A DNA stretch of 58,516 bases from a virus (Duplodnaviria > Caudoviricetes): positions 1 to 58,516 of IMG/VR virus record IMGVR_UViG_3300023179_000123. The stretch is one strand, 5' to 3'. A program made the position numbers and the translations under genes. Every line of letters begins with the position of its first letter. The first letter of the stretch is position 1. Under the pieces are notes generated by a model. It had not been told where the DNA came from. It saw only the letters and a program-made list of their open reading frames with translations, and did no database searches. Of the stretch, positions 10,301-18,400 are shown in pieces.

Positions 10301-13300
10301 AAACTATACCTACACCTGCCGAAAGAGCTGCCCTTGCTCTTGCATTAGTAAAATATTGATTAGTTAATTCTACTACATTAGCAGTTGTTAAGTCTGCAGT
10401 TTTAGCATAACCTAAAAGATTGGCATCAAAACTTATTGATTGAGGAGTCGCATTAGTATTAAGAGTAATAACAATATTATTACCAGGTATAAATCTAACG
10501 GTATCTAATCCAGATGCTACAAGATTTGCTTGTCCTAGTACGTTCCAATATTTAAATGTTGAATTTAATTGTACTTTTGCTATACCATTCGCTCTATCTA
10601 AAACCTCAAATCCAGAATCAGAATCAAATTGTAAAGTATTTACGTTGGCAACACTGGTAGTAGCTACATTCGAAATATTAACTAACTGTACTTGTAACCC
10701 AGAAGTAATAATACCTGTAGTTACATTGTAGTTAATACCATTAGCAGCACTAATAGAGCTTCTTACTCTAGCATTGGTATAATATAAATTTGTACCTTCA
10801 GTTACATTACTTGTGGTTAAATCTACGACATTTGCTTTTAGGTTTAATAATCCAATTACATTGGAATAAACACGAGCATTTGTATAGTATAGATTTGTAA
10901 CTTCTGCAACATTGGCAGTAGTTAAATCTACGACATTTGCTTTTAGGTTTAATAATCCAATTACATTGGAATAAACACGAGCATTTGTATAGTATAGATT
11001 TGTAACTTCTGCAACATTGGCAGTAGTTAAATCGACTACGTTGGCTTTATTATTAAGTAATCCAATTACATTGGAATAAACACGAGCATTTGTATAGTAT
11101 AGATTTGTAACTTCTGCAACATTGGCAGTAGTTAATAATGGACTTATATTTGCATAAACTCTAGCATTAGTGTAGTATAAATTAGTACCTTCAGTAATAT
11201 TAGAAGTAGTAGCACCTTGAATTATATTTGCATATAATATATTAGCTCTTACTGCACCTGGAACAGTAATATTACCAGTATTGTCAAAAGTGAAGTTGTA
11301 ACTACCAGCAATAACTATAGTATTAGAGCCAGTGCCAATTAAATTGCCGCCAATATTTCCCGAATAGTTGGGAAGTAAAACAGTTACATTGGAATAAACT
11401 CTAGCATTAGTATAATATAAATTCGTTAATTCTGCAACATTAGCTGTAGTTAAAAGAGGACTAATATTGGAATAAACACGAGCATTTGTATAATATAAAT
11501 TCGTTAATTCTGCAACATTAGCTGTAGTTAAAAGAGGACTAATATTGGCATAAACTCTAGCATTAGTATAATATAAATTCGTTAATTCTGCAACATTAGC
11601 TGTAGTTAAATCTACTACGTTGGCTTTATTATTAAGTAGTCCAATAACGTTAGCATAAACACGTGCATTAGTATAGTATAGATTTGTTCCTTCAGTTACA
11701 TTGCTTGTAGTCAAATCTACGACATTTGCTTTTAGGTTTAATAATCCAATTACATTCGAATAAACTCTAGCATTAGTATAATATAGATTTGTGACTTCTG
11801 CTACGTTAGCAGTAGTTAAAAGAGGACTAATATTGGCATAAACACGAGCATTAGTGTAATATAGATTACTGCCTTCAGCTATATTTGATGTAGTAGCACC
11901 TTGAATTATATTTGCATATAATATGTTTGTTCTAATTGTACCTGGTGCAGAGAAAACACCTGTATTATCAAATACATAATTGTAACTACCAGCTAATATT
12001 ATTGTATTCTGCGTGGTTCCTACTATATTGCCGCCTATATTACCTGTGTAGTTAGGTAATAAAGAAATTACATTAGAGTAAACTCTTGCATTAGTATAAT
12101 ATAAATTTGTTACTTCAGAAACATTAGCTGTAGTTAATAATGGATTGATGTTCGCATAAACACGTGCATTGGTATAATATAAGTTAGTACCTTCAGTTAC
12201 ATTGCTTGTGGTCAAATCTACGACATTTGCTTTTAAGTTTAATAATCCTATTACATTAGAGTAAACTCTAGCATTAGTATAATATAAATTCGTTAATTCT
12301 GCAACATTAGCTGTAGTTAAATCGACTACATTAGCTTTTGCGGCGAAATTCGGTGTTAAATAAGCGCCTACTCTAGCATTTGTATAATATAAATTAGTGC
12401 CTTCAATTAAATTAGAAGTAGTATGATTTAATAAAGTACTTACTGTTCCTGTTACATTTCCAATAAAACCACTAGCTTGAACGTTTGCTAAACGAAATGT
12501 CGTATTACTTGTGTCTATAAATATCGATGTGTCCGGTTCTGGTTCGTAATTCTCAAAGAATTTCCATATACCATCTGTTGCATCTCTAAACAACCCAGAA
12601 TGATGATATATTCCGTCGTTATACCCACCCGCAAATCCTAGATCTGGATTCGCAGATGCTTTTATAAATGCATTGCCGCCTGTAACATATGAATCAGTGA
12701 CATTACTAGAAATAGTAATAGTATTAGCAGTAACAGCAATGATTGGAACGTATGAAGTATTAAAGGTAGAAGGATTCACACCTGTAACTCTAACTACGTA
12801 TCCTACCTGTTCATTATGTGTTCCTGCTACAGTGTATGTTACATTTGACCCATTTCCTACAGCATTAGTTATATTTTCAGCAACTGCCTCATTCAGATAA
12901 ATCATATTATCAGAAATGGATACCGATCTAGTGTTCAAAAGTGTCGCATTTCCAGCAAAGGTGACATTACCTGTAACTAATAAATCTTTGAATTCAACGG
13001 AAGATGATGTGGCAACATTCTGCCCGATGGATATGACACCTGTGGTATTACTATATGTTACACCAGTACCACCGGAAATAGCTGTTCTAACTCTACTATT
13101 AGTGTAATACAGATTAGTGGTTTCCACCACATTTGCCGTAGTTAATTTTGGAGTTACGAACGAGTCTACTCTATTATTTGTATAATAAAGATTAGTTCCC
13201 TCATTCAAATTTGATGTAGTATTGCCAGAAGTTAAGACAGAATTGCCTTTAACTATAATATTTTTATTAGATTCAAATGAATCCGACGCAGTTCTATATA

Positions 13301-14051
13301 AAAGATTAGCATTTACATAATCTATAACTATACCTGAACCATCAGTGGCGGCAGCATTTGGCGCACCATTGGACAATACAATTACTTTATTATCTACCTG
13401 CAATGTAGCAGAGATAACTAAAATATTTGAATTAATAGCTGTAATATTACCTAATACAGTAAGATTACCTTCTACGATTAAATCATGTAGTGAAAGATCG
13501 GTATTAGTTAGAGCTGCGCGCGCTCTTGCATTCGTAAAATATAAATTAGATAATTCAGCTACATTGGCTGTGGTTAATAATGGACTTATATTAGCATAAA
13601 CACGAGCATTGGTGTAATATAGATTACTACCTTCAGCCAGATTGCTTGTAGTAGCACCTTGAATCACATTAGCATAAAGAATATTAGTTCTTACCGCACC
13701 TGGAATAGTAATATTACCAGTATTGTCGAAGGTAAAGGAATAACTACCTGCTATTACGCTAGTATTAGTATAATTACCTATTAAGTTGCCTGCTCCTATA
13801 TTGCCAGTGTAATTTGGCAATAAACTTGTTACGTTTGAGTAAACACGAGCATTAGAATAAAAAAGATTGGCCGATCCCTCAATCAAACGATCTGTATTAC
13901 CAGCACCTAGTAAAAATATATTTCCAGTGCCATCTTTGGTAAAAAGTTGTCGATCAGCAAGATTAACCGCAAGTTCACCTACGGCCACGTTGGCAGCGTC
14001 AGGCACTCTCCCTGACACCGAGGAGCGTTTAATTTGAAATTGATTAGGCAT
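7308..14051 (-). CDS. Giant repeat-containing tail fibre (2247 aa)
   Basis: N-terminal QIKRS...GELAVNLADRQLF (Mtd_N-like anchor), about 27 TTxNxxExxNLYYTNAR repeats, and several F.GDG....F.L...LVFVDG beta domains. Confidence 0.8.
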   Translation of the reverse strand: MPNQFQIKRSSVSGRVPDAANVAVGELAVNLADRQLFTKDGTGNIFLLGAGNTDRLIEGSANLFYSNARVYSNVTSLLPNYTGNIGAGNLIGNYTNTSVIAGSYSFTFDNTGNITIPGAVRTNILYANVIQGATTSNLAEGSNLYYTNARVYANISPLLTTANVAELSNLYFTNARARAALTNTDLSLHDLIVEGNLTVLGNITAINSNILVISATLQVDNKVIVLSNGAPNAAATDGSGIVIDYVNANLLYRTASDSFESNKNIIVKGNSVLTSGNTTSNLNEGTNLYYTNNRVDSFVTPKLTTANVVETTNLYYTNSRVRTAISGGTGVTYSNTTGVISIGQNVATSSSVEFKDLLVTGNVTFAGNATLLNTRSVSISDNMIYLNEAVAENITNAVGNGSNVTYTVAGTHNEQVGYVVRVTGVNPSTFNTSYVPIIAVTANTITISSNVTDSYVTGGNAFIKASANPDLGFAGGYNDGIYHHSGLFRDATDGIWKFFENYEPEPDTSIFIDTSNTTFRLANVQASGFIGNVTGTVSTLLNHTTSNLIEGTNLYYTNARVGAYLTPNFAAKANVVDLTTANVAELTNLYYTNARVYSNVIGLLNLKANVVDLTTSNVTEGTNLYYTNARVYANINPLLTTANVSEVTNLYYTNARVYSNVISLLPNYTGNIGGNIVGTTQNTIILAGSYNYVFDNTGVFSAPGTIRTNILYANIIQGATTSNIAEGSNLYYTNARVYANISPLLTTANVAEVTNLYYTNARVYSNVIGLLNLKANVVDLTTSNVTEGTNLYYTNARVYANVIGLLNNKANVVDLTTANVAELTNLYYTNARVYANISPLLTTANVAELTNLYYTNARVYSNISPLLTTANVAELTNLYYTNARVYSNVTVLLPNYSGNIGGNLIGTGSNTIVIAGSYNFTFDNTGNITVPGAVRANILYANIIQGATTSNITEGTNLYYTNARVYANISPLLTTANVAEVTNLYYTNARVYSNVIGLLNNKANVVDLTTANVAEVTNLYYTNARVYSNVIGLLNLKANVVDLTTANVAEVTNLYYTNARVYSNVIGLLNLKANVVDLTTSNVTEGTNLYYTNARVRSSISAANGINYNVTTGIITSGLQVQLVNISNVATTSVANVNTLQFDSDSGFEVLDRANGIAKVQLNSTFKYWNVLGQANLVASGLDTVRFIPGNNIVITLNTNATPQSISFDANLLGYAKTADLTTANVVELTNQYFTNARARAALSAGVGIVYNSNTGVISADTSNAFLIGRLFTGEFYGNNSTSNYNLTFVPQSANAILVFVDSVLQTPIQNYTVSSNVLTFTSPPETNAYISYRYFSSEQIDLNLSNLGDFAAYITPVANNILVYNGATSLWEPTPVANVLNSTTTQIAEGTNLYFTNARARAAISVTGSGSYDQANGIITVTGGVTTVNGANGAVVLTTTNIAEGGNLYYTNARVKSYFTAFDGNIIPSQNSVYNLGNATNRWKDLYLSGNTIDLGGTLLQSRTDGLVVNSANITTLLGNAANINFVTVNDITVNGRLYSNDITSTTITIAGDAVVTGNLIVSGNTTTLNSQTLTVADNQVVLNSNHTGSPVLDAGILVNRGSSANVDLKWNESTDRWQFTNNGTAYYNLATSTTDIEEGTNLYYTNTRVYANISPLLTTANVSEVTNLYYTNTRVYANISPLLTTANVSEVTNLYYTNSRVRSAISVSGSGSYDQANGIITVTGGVTSVNGANGTIVLNTSNISEGANLYFTNARVDARLATSNLSIFLDVSNTVPSTGQALVWSGNIWQPGTVSGGGGGSNVLLIGAQQTSIFYGDGTNTSFNMGFTPATPNNVLVYVDGINQNYPNNYTTSGQYLVFDEIPSSNSVISVKYFSTDSVYNTKFFLGTVANQEFLGDGSNTNFNLSYISGDSNQALVFVNGVIQQPSYNYNITNSVLAFTSAPDSGANIFVRTFSNSQNELVIGQLKNVSNTAPTTGQALTWLGNTWGPATLSSNVAAYQKYRYTANASQTIFAGTDDTSQILIIPSTQRMQVHLNGVLLEPTLDYTSNGTAVTLLVGAEAGDILSVGTFVDLGEGFAVDSFTANGSNTQFSLSRTPSSGAALLVSFDGLKQHQTEYTLSGSVLTFNEAPPANVSIEVTHMGNAPIATVSERWAEISGNATAAPGYKYIVNTAAVPAFINLPPNPRLGDTVYFLDGTSSFDTKKLTILRNGSKIMGQFDNFESDTEDSYFGFVYFNVTYGWRLLN
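8945..9150 (-). repeat. 78-nt coding tandem repeat within the fibre gene
   Basis: TNLYYTNTRVYANISPLLTTANVSEV duplicated with near-identical DNA. Confidence 0.85.
10760..12425 (-). repeat. Array of 78-nt and 105-nt coding repeats within the fibre gene
   Basis: 15 NLYYTNARV units with 26-aa or 35-aa period, interrupted by two longer spacer modules. Confidence 0.9.
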
Positions 14052-14100
14052 TATTTCCTTGCTATGTAGCCAATAAATGCTCTATATAGAGCACATCATT

Positions 14101-14108
14101 TATTTATA
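14101..14108 (-). promoter_or_regulatory. T4-type late promoter TATAAATA
   Basis: Exact consensus, intergenic, 50 nt upstream of the giant fibre ATG. Confidence 0.8.
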
Positions 14109-14109
14109 A

Positions 14110-15489
14110 CTATGTATTGGTTATGGTAAATATTATTGGGTTTGATAAAGAAGGCAACGAAGCATTACTTGATGCGCTAAAACCTGTAGAATTAAAAGTA
14201 CAGTTATAAAGACCTACAGCAAGATAGTAAGTTCCTGCTGAAAGAGATACGGGAGAACTGGGCGCATTTTCCGAACCGGCTCCAGAACCTGGAATTTGGC
14301 TTTCTAAATTCCCAGCAGAATCATCATCTTTCACTATAAGATTGCCCGAAGAATTGTATAATGCTATTTCAGTATCATAACCATTGGTTGTGGGGGCAGT
14401 AGTAGCGGTAAATGTTCTTGTAGATCCTAAAATAAATTTGTACCAAGCGATATTATTTAATACGTGATTGCCGGAGGGATTCACTGACGCATTTGATTCA
14501 TTACTTGAAATAGTAATAGGCGCCAGAACAGTATGACTTATTGAACTTGATGATGATGTTGATACACTATTCCACGCTTGAATAGAAAAAGTGCAATCTT
14601 CAGTAACAGTTTCTGATACACTTGTAGTAGAAGAATTAAAATGTTTATAGATTGAGCCATTTTTATATAATCTAACTACATCTGCGTTTGATGTGGACCA
14701 TGATAATGTAGTACTTCCTCCGCCTATACCAAAACTACTTGTACTTGAAGAAAAGCTACTAATTGAAGGGCTACCTTCTGCGGTATAAGTATCATTTAAA
14801 CTAACAATAGTAGTTCCTACTAATGTGCCGCTATGGCTTCCAGTTCTTACTTGAAATGTTAGTGATTCTGTTCCTTCAGTTAATCTATCAGGAGTTACAG
14901 TAAATGTCTTACTTGCTGATCCAGAACTAACCGAAAAAGTACCAGTCTCAGTAGGCGTAGCCTCTAAAGTTGCATATTCTGGTTGATTCGCAACATCAGC
15001 TAAAAATTGATTTAAAGTATTGTAATTATCTATTAAAAAATTATTGGTGTGATAATCAACTGCTACGGTAGATTCTGGGAATCTACCCAACAATCTTGTA
15101 TATACCTTGTTAACTATACTTCCATATCCTGTTGCTCCGCTACTCGAATATGAAGTATTTTGATATGTATAATTAGCAGCATCTAAATCTCTAGTGTTAA
15201 CACCACTTAAAGTATAATATAGTGTAGTTCCATTTGCAACATATTTTGTAGTTGTGGTAAAGGTTAATGAATCGCCCTCATTAGCAGATGCTGCACTAGA
15301 AGATACAGTGTATGTTAAATCTTGTCCGCCGCAATCCGCACTAAGTCTTATTTGTCCTGTTGTAATTGAAGGATTTCTATTCGCACCTAGAGTTCCTCTC
15401 AATCCTAAATTAGAATAAGATGTACTTCCAGTAAAAAAGTTATAAACTTGACTAAATGTTATCTGTGAACCTACCGCGGGAGTACCCAT
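14110..15489 (-). CDS. Tail-tip adhesin-like protein (Calx-beta-like, DUF4214-like insert, Ig-like and PPC-like domains)
   Basis: SANEGDSLTFT...DRLTEGTESLTF; VNKVYTRLLGRFPE; YDTEIALYNSSG...DDDS...LSAGTYYLAV; follows the S74 fibre. Confidence 0.6.
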   Translation of the reverse strand: MGTPAVGSQITFSQVYNFFTGSTSYSNLGLRGTLGANRNPSITTGQIRLSADCGGQDLTYTVSSSAASANEGDSLTFTTTTKYVANGTTLYYTLSGVNTRDLDAANYTYQNTSYSSSGATGYGSIVNKVYTRLLGRFPESTVAVDYHTNNFLIDNYNTLNQFLADVANQPEYATLEATPTETGTFSVSSGSASKTFTVTPDRLTEGTESLTFQVRTGSHSGTLVGTTIVSLNDTYTAEGSPSISSFSSSTSSFGIGGGSTTLSWSTSNADVVRLYKNGSIYKHFNSSTTSVSETVTEDCTFSIQAWNSVSTSSSSSISHTVLAPITISSNESNASVNPSGNHVLNNIAWYKFILGSTRTFTATTAPTTNGYDTEIALYNSSGNLIVKDDDSAGNLESQIPGSGAGSENAPSSPVSLSAGTYYLAVGLYNCTFNSTGFSASSNASLPSLSNPIIFTITNT

Positions 15490-18400
15490 TACTTAGCTAA
15501 CCTTTTAACTAATTCTTTTAGTTCTTCGATTTGAGATTGTTGTTCTTTAATTGCCTCGATTAACAACGGGACAATTTTTTCATATCTAACTGCTTTGTAG
15601 CCATCGTCTTTTTTCGCAACTACTTCTGGTAATACTTTTTCTATTTCTTGTGCAATAACACCAATATCTTGTTTTCTAACAAAATATCCATCCTCACCGC
15701 CTCTAGAATTAATATAATCTTCAGTCCAATCAAAGTTCACACCTCTGATACTTAGCAACTTTTCTAAAGGATTTTGAATGACCGCAACATTTTCTTTTAA
15801 TCTTTCATCTGAAGAATAATATGCTGTTATCTCACCTGTAGCAGTAATGGATCCCGTTACTGTTAAAGAACCAGTACTTAAAGATTGATTGGTAGATGTT
15901 CCTCTTGCAGTAACAGTAGCTAATGTATCAGTTTCTGAATAACTAGTAATATATCCCCTAGTAGTCACATAGTTTTCTGTGGCATATCCAGCAAGTGCCG
16001 AAGATGTTATAAAATTCGCACCATTAGTTAACTGGTTGGTATTAGTTGGTATTGTAATAACACCTGATCCACTATTGTACCCACCTGATCCTGCAGTAAA
16101 ACTTAATGAGGAAAGAGTAATGTAACCAGAACCATTAGTTAATTGATTTGTATTAGAAGGAATAGTTGGTTTATTACTTAAATCTGTATAGCTACCGCTG
16201 AAATTAGAATAACCATAACCAGCTGAAGCATGATTGCCCCAACCATATGCTGTATCCCAATTAGCAGTTTTTTCTGTACCGTTACTAACAAATCTTATAT
16301 TAGTGCCATCATTGTAAATTCTATTATTATTACTTACTGTATTAGAACTGGGTGGTATGAATAAATTATTGCCATATCTTAAAGTAATACCATCTGTAAC
16401 TAAACCATCGTCAAACGTCTTTACGCCACCAATAGTTTGTGTTCCAGAAGTACTTACGTCTCCCGTGCCTAGTTTAGTACCATCATAATATAATCCATCA
16501 GATTTACCGATTAAGTCTTTACTTACACCTCCAAATGTAAATTTAACATCAGTTGTATAAAGGTTTCCTGGGAAAGATGTTTTGCCATCTGAGCCATAAA
16601 ATGTAATCGCTTTATAACTAGTGGTACTAGGTGTCTTAACAGACAAACTTATATTATCCCCTACGTCTACCAAAGTTCCTGTTGGATAATTAGTATTTGC
16701 AGCAGCATTAATCCATAAAGCACTTTGTGACAATATCGGAGAAGTAAATGTCTTGACCCCGGTTAATGTTTGATTTGTAGCAGTCAAAACATATGAGGTA
16801 TTAGAAGTTAGTACATACGAAGTATTTGAAGTTCTAACAACTGAAGCATCAACTGCTACTGCATCCGCACTCACCGTGATACCATCACCTTGGCCGACAT
16901 TCAATGTTACATCTGGACCACCTTCACTAGACCCCGTTAATCCACTTCCCGCTGTAACAGAAGTAACATCACCTCCGCCGCCACCTGATCCAGTTATAGT
17001 AATGGTATTGGCATCTGTTCGAGCAATTGAAACTGTGCCTGCCCCTATTAAATTAACGTTGTCAATTGATGAATCTGATCCAGTTATTCTTATATTTGCG
17101 CCAGATGTAGCTGTTTCAGCACTAATACCGTAGGTCGTGTTAGTATCTGTATCAGGGGGGGTCGCCCAGGAACCATCTGCTCTCAAGAAGTTACTAGTAG
17201 AACCAGTTGCTTTAGGAAGCGTAGATGTGCCGTCAATAGTTATGCCTGTGGGTTGGAAAGTTACTACGTCAATTGCAGTGCCTGCTTTTGACAATCCATA
17301 TGTATTTGATGATAAAGAATAATATATTGAACCTTTATTATTAACAGCACCAAAATTTATAGTATTTGATGTTAAATACGTACTATTTAAATAAGTAGTT
17401 CCAGAAAATGTCTTTGTACCAGTTATAGTTTGCGTTCCTGCAATTAAAACGTATGAGGTATTAGAAGTTAGTACATACGAAGTATTTGAAGTTCTAACAA
17501 CTGAAGCATCAACTGCTACTGCATCCGCACTCACTGTGATACCATCACCTTGGCCGACATTCAATGTTACATCTGGACCAGATTCGCTAGTTCCGGTTAA
17601 TCCACTTCCCGCCGTAACAGAAGTAACATCACCAGTGCCACCTCCTCCTTGTAATCCAGTTATATCGAGGGTAGATGTGGCATTTTGAAAATAAAGACGC
17701 CCACCACTACCAAATATTCTATGTGTTGCTGATGTATTTAAGTTAATGAATCTATCATTAGCAATCAATATATTACCAGTAGTAGTAGTGTTAGCAGCAT
17801 TTAATTGTATCTGCCCTGTACTTCCTGCGGAATCTATGTAGATTACATTACCATCTGGGACATAAGCTTTTGGTCCTGAATTGGCTGATACACCATTAAA
17901 ACCATTTAAAGTTAGATATAGCTTATTAGTGTTCGGACCCAATCCATTCAAAACCACATCGCTTGAAAATGTTTTGGTTCCAGTAAATGTTTGACTTGTA
18001 CTTAGAGTTGCTAAATAATCAGTATTAGCTGCGAATGAACCACTAGACGTAATAGTGGTCGGATTAGCTATTATACCGGTTCCCGCAGTTAATGATACTG
18101 CACCTGAACTTGTGCCAATAGTACTACCATTTATAGTTGATCCTGCAGGTAAATTGACTATACCTGCGCCCGGAGATGTTATTTGCGCACTGCCTAGATA
18201 TATAGTAGAACCTGATAGATATAAATCTTTCCACCTAAAATTAGAAGCACCCAAATCAAATATATTGTTAGAGGACGGCAATAAATTAGAAGATATTACT
18301 GCCGAATTACCATTTGCATTAGCGTTTAGTTTAAATATAACATTACTATTAACACTAAATGCCATATGGTCATAAATATTGTCATAGTAAATACTAGTAT

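Noticed and set aside
10760-12425. CRISPR-like regularly spaced repeats
   Set aside because: Periods are multiples of 3 inside one ORF, variation is mostly synonymous, intervening parts are themselves repeated, and no cas operon is present
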